Positions 1 through 11,550 of a DNA stretch of 63,974 nucleotides are shown here, one piece after another. The first letter of the stretch is position 1. Each line of letters opens with the position of its first letter. This DNA is from Gekko japonicus. Taxonomy: Eukaryota. The notes below the pieces were generated by a model, which saw only the letters and a program-made list of their open reading frames with translations, made no database searches and had not been told where the DNA came from. Made by a program: the position numbers and the translations under genes. The stretch is from positions 64,328-128,301 of the forward strand of contig NW_015164758.1 of the NCBI RefSeq assembly GCF_001447785.1. Reading direction: 5' to 3'.

Positions 1-149
1 AAGCAGGAATATATTGAGAGCCAGAATTGAAAAAGAATCAAGGAACAGCACTGGCAGAGTTGTTTGCTAGTCTGACAGTAGCTTCTAGATGTGCTTTCCA
101 AGATAGGTTAGATTGAAAGGTAACACAGAGATAACTAAAAATGTCAACC

Positions 150-900
150 TGCTCCAATTCTTGATCTAATATAGACCAGCTATAGCATTTTTAGGACCAT
201 TTCTACTAAAAAGCAACACGTTGGATTTAGAAAAATTGATGGTTAATCCCTCTGTATGGCAGCAGCAAGCAAACAGTTTAAGAAGTTTACAGAGACCTAG
301 AACTGACCTAGGTAGAAGAGCTGTATCATCAGTATAAAAGAGTGTAAATAAAGTTCTGAAGAGTACAACAGCCCACTGGAAGAAGTCGTCGACCCATCCT
401 AGGGCGCCAGGAGTAACATCTGAAGCCCACCCGAATATACTAACAGAATGCACCGCCTGGGTGCTGGTAGGCAGTCCCTCCCCCCATACAAATTGTGGCC
501 CTAGGTAGGAATTAAAATGAATGTGTAAACCGCTCAGAGACCCTTCGGGGTCAAAAGCGGTGTATAAATCGAAAGTAAGTAAATAAATAAATAATTGGAA
601 GGTAGCAAGATATGGCGGATGACATTCATCTTTACTGAGAAATTGAGCCATATCATTTATATAAAGTTGAAGAGAAGTGGGGCCAAAATACAGCCCTATT
701 TAACACCTTTACTGAGGACAACAATTTGGTTAGCTGTCCCATTTGTCCACATCTAATCTAAACTGTAGGACAATTGTACAGCTTTTGAATAAGAAATAAT
801 AAACACTTATCCATTGATGTTGCTTTGAGTTTTCCCCACAAATGTGGCCTTGGGATACTGTCAAACACAGCCTTTAAATCCATGAAGGCAACTACCAGTG
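150..900 (-). mobile_element. LINE reverse transcriptase fragment (degenerate), partly duplicated at 1181-1424
   Basis: GVK*GCILAPLLFNFYIND and YTDD (YADD) motifs, GLTINFSKS. Confidence 0.8.
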
Positions 901-975
901 TACCCTCTGAATTGCAGCTTGAATAACCAGCTTCCACCCCTTCATAGTGGCCTCCCTTTTCTTCTTTCTGATAAC

Positions 976-1562
976 ACTGGAAAAGATAATAATGACAGAA
1001 AAAGTTGAAGGCAGCAGGAAAAGAGGAAGACCCAACATGAGATGATTGACTCAGTCAAGTGTCAGCTATGCTGCCATGAGTGTGGTGAATGTTTCTAATT
1101 GCTGTGCATTCCTTCCCATGCGCTTAATTGCATCTTAGCTGTAACGCATATCTCTCAAGGCCACTGGAGGAGTTGGTGACTGCTCCAATTCTTGATCTAA
1201 TATAGGCCAGCTATAGCATTTTTAGGACCATTTCCACTAAAAAGCAACACCTTGGATTTAGAAAAATTGATGGTTAATCCCTCTGTATGGCAGCAGCAAG
1301 CAAACAGTTTAAGACGTTTACAGAGACCTAGAACTGACCTAGGTAGAAGAGCTGCATCATCAGTATAAAAGAGTGTAAATAATTGGAAGGTAGCAAGATA
1401 TGGCGGATGACATTCATCTTTACTGTGGATCCTGACATCAAGCAAGCCGCGGTCCTCAGTTTGCGAGACCTGAGCAAGGCAGTTAATGAAAGGATGTTTT
1501 GGAACTCACTAATTCATAAGGTTGCCATAAGTCAGAAGCAAGTCGACAGCACTTAACACACA
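976..1562 (+). mobile_element. RTE-clade LINE 3' end, split by an insert (1058-1444)
   Basis: KVEGSRKRGRPNMR*IDS-like translation and typical 3' tail. Confidence 0.7.
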
Positions 1563-1576
1563 ATGGAATGCAATTG

Positions 1577-1897
1577 TTATCCCTCCTCCTCAGACTGATG
1601 CTCTCCGACCTCGAAACTCTCCAGAGCAGCAGAAGAGCTGTCAGCACAGAGTGGGACTGTTCTGGTAAGTCCCTGAGGGTCTCTTCCCCAAACCTCTCTC
1701 TCTCTCTCTCTCTGCCTCAGCTTTTCCAGGTCAGCAACCCTAGCCTCAAGGGAACAAACCTGCTCCCTGAGAACTACAAGCTCTATGCAGCGAGCACACA
1801 CCCACGATTTCCACCCAGTGGGTAGATAATTGTGCATGTGGCACTCTCTGCAAAACACTGGATAGCCCCCACTTCCCTGCATGCTTTCTACCTTCAT
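1577..1897 (-). mobile_element. CR1 ORF1 5' fragment (zinc finger plus leucine zipper)
   Basis: CRECHM...WVCARC...LREQVCSLEARVADL. Confidence 0.75.
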
Positions 1898-3085
1898 AAC
1901 TAGCTAGTGATTTAAAGGAACCTAGAGTGGTGCAAGGTCCTCAGGCCTGATCCCCAGGCTAAGAGACTTCGGCTCGTGCCGAAGGCTTGCCCCTCTGCCT
2001 AGGAGGAGCCTTACAGTTCAGAGGCCCACAGCCCCCACCGCCCAGCAGCAACAGCAGAGGGTGGCACCTGCAGTCATCCCCAGGCAAACAGATAAGAACA
2101 TAAGAGAAGCCAATGTTGGATCAGGCCAAAGGTCCATCTAGTCCAACACTCTGTCATAGGGTTCCCAAGTCCAAAATACTCACCGGCGGGGGAGCCTTGG
2201 CCAACTCCGGGAGCTGTTGCTCAATGAGCAATAGACCAAAGAACCAAACAGACCTACACAAAAACACCACTCTCCAGTAGGCTACAAGCACCCACTCACC
2301 CTCCACTCTGTCCTCTCACAAAGCAACCTCAGTTAATGTTCCCCAGTAGTTTATAAGTTTAGGAAAGGCAAAAAGAAAGCAAAACCTCACCTTCCCAGCA
2401 GTTCTCTCCTGGGTTCTTTCTCTGAGCCTAGCTGGTTCAGTTCTTCAGCCTGAATGCAGAACTTAAGAGCATTGCGGTGACTGTTCTCAATTGGTGTAAC
2501 AACCTCTATATCTCTCACCAGGTCTTGAGAAACACTCAGAACCAAGTCCAAGATCCCTTAGTATACTTGTGTGCAGATTAAAAAAAAAACAATTCTAAAT
2601 TGCCTCTTTTGTAGATGAGTGTACACCACATGAAGCCGTCCATCTTTCAGCTCTTTGAGGAAACACACACAAAATACACCTCTCCCCCCCCCCAAACCTG
2701 TCCCTGCTCTAAGACAGTTGGAAGAATTACAACAACCAGAGCTGTTCTCCCTGGGCCTTTTACCCAAGACCCAGATAGACTTGATCAAAACATCGTTACT
2801 CAGTAGCTAAATTATGGAAACACACACCCCCCCCCCCCCCGCATGAAGACACTTGGGTCAGCATCTGCAGCTTGCTAGCTATCAGGATGCTTTATTTATT
2901 TATTTATTCAATTTATACCCCGCCCTCCCCACCAAGGCCAATATTTGCTTAGCAATATTGGTACAAAACAGCCCAATCCTGTGCAAGTTTGCTCAAATGT
3001 AAGTCCTGCTCAGTTCAGTGGACATTACTTCCAAGTAGATGTGCATAGGACTGTAGCCTTTGTATGTTAAAGGAAGGAGCTAAAA

Positions 3086-4045
3086 ACCTTTGAGTAGAAC
3101 TGATCTAAATTGGGGGAAAGTCTGAATCAGACCAAGTTCAGAAGACAAATTAGTATAAAAGATTCTGGATTTAGTTCACTTTTGAACTCTGCACCCCAAA
3201 TGCCAGAAGAAATGTTATACGCTGCAGATGTTTCCAGAGCGGGTCATAGAACTGGCCATCCTGACCAGAACTCTGATGCTCAAGGTGGTCCTTCTGGTTT
3301 TGGTAACTATCTGGATACCATTTTCTCAGCTGATGAAACAGGAAATCTTCTACCTGCTTTTGCCTACCAGGTGCTGTGCCTCGATTTATTTGTCTGAATA
3401 AAGGACCAACCTCTTCTACTCAATAAGATCCAGAAAGCATCCCTTCCTGGGCCAACAGAAGTCCACTAGCAGTGGAGGACACATGGTTTCATTGCACTGT
3501 TTCCTCACGAACCTTGACATTAATGCCATCAGCAAAAAGGCTTACTTGCGGCAAAGCCTTCTGGCCACCAACACTAGTTTTGCAACAAGAGTTGCTCTTA
3601 CAATTTTTTTGAGACGTGAAAAGATCTGCTGCCCCTTGGGGAACAACCTCAGAAGTGGTTTGAAGAACCAGCCAAGTCGAGGCAGTCTGATAGCTTTACT
3701 GGAAAAGGTAAGGAACGTGTCCGTCTTTAATTGCCTGCCCGAGAAGGCTTCCATCTCACAGCCGCCTTCCTCTGAAACTCAAGTGGGGCTAAGGAAATCT
3801 CTGAACAGTCTTCTTGATTGGGCACTCCGACGGCTCCTGAGCAGGCATTTGGAGCAGTCATCTGAAGAAAAGGAGCCCTGGTTTTGGACAGGTCCCACAG
3901 GTGCAAGCGGTGATTGTCACCTTAAGGTGATTGTCACCTTTAACCATGCCTCTTTTTTGGCCACTGGGGCTCTAGGTTCCGGGGAGAACTGGCTTCCTGC
4001 AATGAGAGGCTTAGTGTGGGAGTTAATGTCCGAGTGTCTGGAGAC
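3086..4045 (+). pseudogene. Degenerate pogo/Tigger-type (TIGD/CENP-B-like) DDE transposase relic
   Basis: IFSADETG (3320-3343), one extra base, then IFYLLLPTR; later SKKAYL and NVSVFNCLPEKASISQP; flanked by AAGGAGCTAAAA direct repeats. Confidence 0.5.
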
Positions 4046-4084
4046 AAGGAGCTAAAATGTTGATGAAAATGTCAGGTCGGTGTG

Positions 4085-4760
4085 CTGCAGCAGGGAAAGT
4101 GGCATTAGGAAATGAACAGAAAATAAAACTCTCAATATTGTAATGCCCCTGTACATGTCTGTGGTGCGACCTCATATGGGAATACTATGTACAGTTCTAG
4201 TCATGGTACCTAAACCTGCACCGCTTAGCTAGCTGTTCTCTTTTCCATAATACCAGAACCCAGGGGCACCCAATGAAGTTAATGGCCAGCATATTCAGGA
4301 CAAATTATATTTACCTGAAAGGAGGACAACCTTGAATGTATGCTTGTATGTGAACGTAAGACGGCCACCTCTTTTTTCTCAGTGGCACACCTAGAAACAC
4401 ATGAGTCTTCTTTTTAGGTAAATGCAGTACATCTTTATACATTTTTTTTCAATGAGTCAATTGTGGAATGCACTGCCAATCAATGTGGTAATGGTCACTA
4501 GCGTAGATTTAAAAAATGGGGTTAGACTGATTCAGAGAGGATAGGTCCATCAACAGCTGCTAACCATGGTTAATAAAGGGAACCTCCACATTCAGAGCCA
4601 GTAAACCTCTGAGTCCCAGTACTAGAAGGCAGCATCACAGGATGGTCAAGTGCTGCACACCCTTAGTTGGCCCTTCAGGGCAACTGCTAGGCTGCTCTGT
4701 GTGACAGGATGCTAGACTAGATGAGACAGTGGTCTGATCCACGAAGGCACCTTTGATGTT
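4085..4760 (+). mobile_element. CR1 LINE 3' fragment
   Basis: IVMPLY..VVRPH..YYVQF remnant and CR1-type 3'UTR. Confidence 0.65.
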
Positions 4761-4917
4761 GAATATAATATGTTAAACATAATACAAAGCATTTTAAAAG
4801 ATAACAAAATTCAAACAGGCTAGATAAAACCTGCTGCAACAGCTCTTGCTACAAAGGCCAGAACAAAACAAAATATACAGAGCAGCAAACGGCAGCCTAA
4901 CCCTTCGTTCCCTCAGA

Positions 4918-5203
4918 GCGTGCCTGGACAGCATGGTCTTAAATTGTCTCCAGAATGTGAGCGCTAGGAGAAGACTGGTCCTTGGGAATTGCTACAGCAA
5001 CCATTGGGAAGGAGAAACGCTGCAATACACAGAAATACAAAGGATATTATAGCTTTGGGAGCGTGCCCGGACAGCATGGTCTTAAATTGTCTCCAGAATG
5101 TGAGCGCTAGGAGAAGACTGGTCCTTGGGAATTGCTACAGCAACCATTGGGAAGGAGAAACGCTGCAATACACAGAAATACAAAGGATATTATAGCTTTG
5201 GGA
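4918..5203. repeat. Tandem duplication, 143-bp unit x2
   Basis: Near-identical units; identical peptides in the ORF track are offset by 143. Confidence 0.9.
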
Positions 5204-6921
5204 CCACTGGGTGCTGATAGGGACTGCCCCCCACCCTGTGTTCTGTGGCCATAGATTAGGTATGAAAATCAAAGTGTAAGCCGCTCAGAGACCCCTTAGC
5301 GGGGGTTCGAGTGGGGTAATAAATCGAATGATAAATAAATAAATAAATATGGAGCAGAGGTCCATCAGTGGCTATTAGCCACNNNNNNNNNNNNNNNNNN
5401 NNNNNNNNNNNNNNNNNNNNNNNNNNNNNNNNNNNNNNNNNNNNNNNNNNNNGTTTTCAAGCAACCAAGCCATATACAACACAAGTCAACACTACCAATA
5501 GCAATAAGATGGCTTCTACCACTGGCAATTTGGGACAGGACATAATGGAAGATGCTGTGCTGCTGTTCTCTGGCACTCGTGAAATCTTGGGAGGACACTC
5601 AAGAGTGCCAAATTAGCTCACTTCTGAAATTGCAGCCACAACAAAAGCTGAGTTCCAGGACAAACTGTGCTATGGCTAATTATGAAAGTAAGCACGCACA
5701 CACAAATACGCAAAAAGATATTGATGCCAGATGCACTTTTATGGAAATATTACTCAAAACGTTTCCCCTCCAGAAACATCAAACAAGTAAAAATATCAAA
5801 AACAGACACATACTGGCAAAACTTCATGCTTTTGACTCAGGTTTAAATTTTAGCTCTTAAAAAAAAAACTTTTGCTTGCAGATTGCTTAGTTTTTAGTGA
5901 TCAATAGTACATCATCTAGATGGTGTACTTTATCACTGACCTGCAAATCCTACACTCAGGAACCTTTTCCTGGCGTGTTTAACATTAGTGTGGTTATTCC
6001 CCGCTCCGCCTCCAGGGTAAGGCCTGTCACACGGAACAGACACCGTATGCATATTCCACTCCAAGATCATTTCTTTCCTAGCCCTGTTCCAATTTTCTCT
6101 CCCCCCCCCCCAAGCTCACACAGGAAAGGGAATGAAAATGAGGAATTTTAAAAGAACAAAAGATTGAAGAGTTTGTTGCAGCAGAAAACAAGCTAGCTTG
6201 CGTGAAGGTGTAACTAATTCACATTATAGCCAACATCACACGGTTCTATTTTAGGGCAAAGCAATAGGGACACATTCAGATGTTAACTTGAAGACATGTG
6301 TGCCGGGGCTTACTTAGTCTGCCTGAAGCCACAGCCTGTGTGTGGGAGACCTGCCCTCTAATCATAGATGTGTGCCACTGCCTTATAGACAGGGCTGTTG
6401 CTTCACCATTCAGTTTTATTGCAAAATCAAAGATGCAAACATCGATGTGGTGATGGCTTTACAGATACCCCAGATTGTATCAGAGAAGAATCAAGACACA
6501 ATCCAATACATAAACTGATGCTACATGCAATGTATTCCGTGTGCTCATGCACATACATAAGATTATATGCCAGTGCTTCAATTGACTCATTCCAGAAATA
6601 CACTTTTTAATTCAGAGAGTACAGCGGTGTATGGACACATCCTCTTCACCAAAGTGTTCTATGCAGTGTTGAAGATCAGTACATGAAACTCTTTTTAAAT
6701 GTGACTTCTGCTAGGAATCCCAGTTCATAAAGTGCCTTACTGATCAAATAATACAAATTGGCTTTTTGGCAGGCAAGTACTATAATCAGCAGAAACACCG
6801 ACGAATCCATTCCAGGATAATTACTAACTATAGAGATATTCCAGTGACCTTAGGCAGGAGTAACTCTGCATAGGATTGCACCGTAGGAGATAATTAAACT
6901 TACATGGATTACAACAAAGAC

Positions 6922-8206
6922 TGAGGTTTCAACAACCAGTCTGTGCACTGCATAGTAAAGGAGGCCAATAATGGCCCCGGTCACATGGGCCGGAAAATGC
7001 ACGGGGGGGGGGCATGGCTAATTGTCCAGGAGGAAAAAAAAGCACCACGGCAGCCTGATCAGAAGTCCTTTGGAGGTCCCGTGGGTAGGCATCAGGTGCA
7101 GATCAGACAGCTAGTCTGCAGCGCGGCAAAGAAGCAGCACGGCGCGTTCAAACCGGCACTCGCGCCGCGCAGCTCCTGTGGCAAACGCCACTTCCTGTTT
7201 GTGCGCATGCTCCATTGGGTGCTTGTGTGCATCCTGTGGAGACTTGGGGGGAAAAAAATTCTTTGCAACGGGACGTGGGCGGGCGCTGGATGCCACGGAA
7301 GTTCACCGGAAACATGGTCAGACGCCCACCCTTGCCCCGCGGTTTCCGGAAACTAGTACCTCGTAGGTACTAGTTTTTAACTCCGCACCTTCAGCGGGGA
7401 GCCATAGGTTCACCACGGGAGCACTGTGCTTCCCAGATGTTGAGGTGAGATCGCGGCCGGAAAATCCGCGGGACTCCCGTGCTTCTCCCGCGGCAACTTT
7501 GCCGTGTGACCGGGGCCACTATACAGTAGCTGGTATGTTGAAAGAAGATACAGTTAAAACCAGGTTCAAATTTGTCAACTATGAAGGTCCGTCAGTGGCT
7601 TTGGGAAAATCACTGCCAGATCGGTATCACACAAGGTTATTGGGAAGTGATTCTTACACAAATGACAAAGCTCACTAAAAGAGAAATGATCAACAAAACA
7701 TATTTAAAGTTATCAGAATTACTTTACAAACTTTTCCCCTTCATCTCCAGCCAGTTACCTCTTAGAATTAGAACATTCCATCGAACATTTCCATTTACTT
7801 ATATTTAATACACTACATATGAATGATGGCTTTCTGGTTCTGAGGTTTCAACAACCAGTCTGTGCACTGCATAGTAAAGAAGGCCAATACTATACAGTAG
7901 CTGGTATGTTGAAAGAAGATACAGTTAAAACCAAGTTCAAATTTGAAGGTCCGTCAGTGGCTTTGGGGAAATCACTGCCAGATCGGTATCTCACAAGGTT
8001 ATTGGGAAGAGTGATTCTTACACAAATAATGATAAAGCTCACTAAAAGAGAAATTATCAATAAAACAGATTTAAAGTGATCAAAATTACTTTGCAAACTT
8101 TTCCCCTTCATCTCCAGCCAGTTACCTCTTAGAATTAGAACATTCCATCGAACATTTCCATTTACTTATATTTAATACACTACATATGAATGATGGCTTT
8201 CTGGTT
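6922..8206. repeat. Tandem duplication of ~365 bp; first copy interrupted by a MITE
   Basis: 6922-6970 plus 7518-7838 matches 7841-8206 with small indels. Confidence 0.9.
6973..7517. mobile_element. MITE, PIF/Harbinger-like
   Basis: TIR GGCCCCGGTCACAYGG; 3-bp TSD AAT/ACT; empty site in the duplicated segment at ~7885; CpG-rich. Confidence 0.75.
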
Positions 8207-8726
8207 CAGGCAGCACCCATTTTTATCAAACCAATACAGTTAAAAAAAATCAACTGAAATGCAAAGCCAGTCTAAAGAATGGCCCTGCTAGCTCCAAGCT
8301 AGAAGGGGCATTTAGACTCTCCTCTTGAATTGCACCCAAGTCCTTTCCAATTTTGCACAGTTATCTGCTTTTGAAACCTTGTTTTGTTGCCATCACGTTG
8401 CAGCTGACTTCTGGCGACCCCTTGGGGTTTTCAAGGCAAGAGACATTCATATGCGGTTTGCCATTCCCTGCCTCTGTGTAGCAATGTGTAGCAACCCTGG
8501 CCTTCCTTGGTGGCCTCCCATCCAAGTACTAAACAGGGCTGACTCTGCTTAGCTTCTGAGACATGAGGAGGTCAGGCTAGTCGGAGCTATCCAGGTCAGA
8601 ACAAACTGTGATGGGGGGGAGGTGCCTGTCCTTCCTGGGAAACTCCCTTAGACTAAGGGTCTCTTGGAAAGAATCTGGTAACAGCTGCCACCACTCAGGA
8701 GATCCTCCTGAGAACATCTTCTAGAC

Positions 8727-9042
8727 CAGTGGTGGCGAACCTATGGCACGGGTGCAGCTGTTTTCATCCCCAGCCGGCTCCCGGAGCTACAGGATGCTCC
8801 CCCGCTGGTAAGCTTTTTCGATTTGGCAACCCTATAGCAACCAGCAGCTAGGCCCATACCCACAGGGGCGATGCCCCATCCTGAATTTGCCACACCCCTC
8901 CCCAACACGGCAATTTAAGTTGTTTTTTCTAAAGTAGAACCTCAGTATTCAGGTTAAATTGCCGTGTTGGCACTTTGCAATAAATAAATGGGTTTTGGGT
9001 CGCAGTTTGGGCACTCGGTCTCTAAAAGGTTCGCCATCACTG
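8727..9042 (+). mobile_element. hAT (Charlie-like) MITE
   Basis: TIR CAGTGRTGGCGAACC; 8-bp TSD TTCTAGAC. Confidence 0.9.
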
Positions 9043-9134
9043 TTCTAGACTGATCCACTAAGGGTTCCTTCTAGTACAGTACTAGATGAATAAAGAAATA
9101 AGGTGTAATCCCTGGAAACTATGTAGCATCCATG

Positions 9135-9946
9135 TCCCAGCGGCCGTATTAGCTGGCCACTATATCTATGCGGTGGCTCAAGTGGTTAAGACAACCAGCA
9201 GCTAGGCCCATACCCACAGGGGCGATGCCCCATCCTGAATTTGCCACACCCCTCCCCAACACGGCAATTTAACCTGAATACTGAGGTTTTTCTTTAGAAA
9301 AAACAACTCATACATTAACTTAAGATGATACAAACAAAGTAAGGAAAGCAATCCCAAATGCTTTCATTTACTTAAAATTATTTGGCAGAGAGTCGACACT
9401 TTACTGATGGTCTGGGCCTGGGGCGATGGCACGTGAAACGGAGATGAGCACCGCAACCCTAGATTCAGACTCGACTTGCTTTCGAGCAAGGGAACCTTTA
9501 CCTTTATAGTGTTTTTATATCTGTGGTTCATCTGTTATTGAGGATCTTCCCCATTACATTCTTGAATGCTCGATGCATGCCCAACCTAGGTTAAAATTCC
9601 TCTCTGGGACTTTATCAGACTTACGTTTCTACTCAGGCACTGAGAAGATTGCATTCTTGTTAGCTGATTCCAATGTCAACATATCTTATAGAGTGGCATT
9701 ATATGCCTTGGCTACAAAGAAAATACGGGCCAACGCTGTTCTTATGGGAACTAATTAATATTGATCTTAGTGGATTCAATTAATCTCTTATATCTTCGGT
9801 TTATTTTCTGATTTGATGGTTTTATTATAGCTTAAATTTTACTCTATTTCATATCAGTACTCATATTTATAACATCCCTCTCTGTTGTTGTCCTTGGTTT
9901 GTAATGGCCTATGGCTAAATACAAATAAATTTCTATTCTACAATCA
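9135..9946 (+). mobile_element. 5'-truncated LINE (C-terminal CCHC knuckle) with a nested chimeric Sauria SINE
   Basis: 14-bp TSD ATGTAGCATCCATG; ICGSSVIEDLPHYILEC; SINE head at ~9170 and ACCTTT tail at ~9500. Confidence 0.7.
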
Positions 9947-10362
9947 TGTAGCATCCATGCAGTCGAGTACATAGGGAAGAGATTAAGAAAAATATCTTAG
10001 AGAAACTTACTGAACTGAAATTAAGCAAAAAATGTATTTGAAAAAGAAAGTTTATTATAAAAGGGAAAAAAGGGGTAGAAAACAGGAAAAAGTAAAATGC
10101 AGGAGAAAGCTTTGGAACTTAGGTGGAATTTAAAATGCAGTCTGTGATGTGGCATGGGATGTGCTGCACGTATTGGTGGAAATGTCCAAGACCCCTATAT
10201 GAGTCTAGGCAGCTTTTCAGATCACAACCTAAAAGCACATGATCATTTAGCAGAGACCAATCTACAACATGAGTAAGAAATTATATTTGACACAATTCAA
10301 CCTTCATTTTCCCAAAATGACACCAACACAGGTATCTACTAAAAAAGAAAATCTGTCATTGC

Positions 10363-10368
10363 TTTATT
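10363..10368 (-). terminator. Polyadenylation signal AATAAA
   Basis: tttatt on +; followed on - by U-rich (TTTCTTTTTT) and GU-rich (GTGTTGGTGT) downstream elements. Confidence 0.7.
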
Positions 10369-11506
10369 CTTTTCTACTGTAGTGTTAGCACTTAACAATA
10401 ATTATCACTCCTCTATTATTATTTACAATCCACTGGTGCGTACTCTACAAATACATAATTATCAGGCATATACGGGGACAATGAACAAGTCGTCAATAAG
10501 GCTTTAAAAGTGACACTGATCAGTACAGAATCCCAAAATCTATCATCCAAAATGTAAAAAAAGATTGTATATGTCATTACCCACATAGCTCTGGAAAGGC
10601 TGGTGATACACTGATAAAACAGCAAACATATTTGCAAAAAAATACAACATGGAAATAAAAGTATGCAATTTCGGCACAAGACGAAATACACAAATGGCTC
10701 GATCCAGGGCCTTTTAAAACATCCAAGTGCTACAACGTGCACATAGTTCCCATCCAGGTAAGGCTTTCCCAGTGAGTTCACCATGGAGGCACACATCTGT
10801 ATAAGAGCACATCAAAAATGGAGGCCGCTAGGGAAGCCTTGCCATGCCTTAATGGGCACTCCAAGTGACATCCAAGCACATGCTGAGCTTTGGATAGCAG
10901 CCGATTAAGTACCAGAAAAGCCGGACATTTATCAGTTGGAACGCCCATATTTTAATAGACGTGAAATTACCAACCTTGTGAATGTTCTGAAAAAAATATT
11001 AAACCTTATATACAAATGAGGTAAATGTACCTTGGTCTTTTGTAGAGGTAATTGATGTTTAAAGCAACTGATATATTGGATTTTTTTTTACATGAAACAC
11101 AATCATACACCATTGTAACCACTTTAATGGCAAAGCATAAACAACAGGCTAACTGAAAACCAAGAGCCATGGCACCCAACTGATAAACCATTATTTTGTC
11201 AGAGTAAAAGTGTAAAAGCTTTTTGCTACACTTAACGAAATTTGCCAAACTGTGCCATTGTGGTACATATGTATGGACACTGCAGACAAAGAAGGTGCGA
11301 AAGGCTACCAAGTTCCAGACAGGCAAATTTAAAAAAATATGATAACAGGCTTTCTGTGCTCAAGGCCCAAGAAATGCATCCAAGACTTCTAATTAACATA
11401 ATTTGCATACTGTTCCTTGTATACTCGTATGTCCATGATCTGAAATGAAACGTTAATGCTATTCAGAAGACACACTTAATGAAAACGTATAATCAAGTAA
11501 AGGTAG

Positions 11507-11510
<4 letters not shown>

Positions 11511-11546
<36 letters not shown>

Positions 11547-11550
11547 TGTG
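11511..11550. repeat. (TG)n microsatellite in the 3'UTR
   Basis: Direct reading. Confidence 0.95.

Noticed and set aside
3483-4055. 190-aa ORF as a functional gene or as ALG2
   Set aside because: No ALG2 motifs; its C-terminal part depends on a frameshifting 17-bp tandem duplication at ~3909-3943; treated as a transposase relic.
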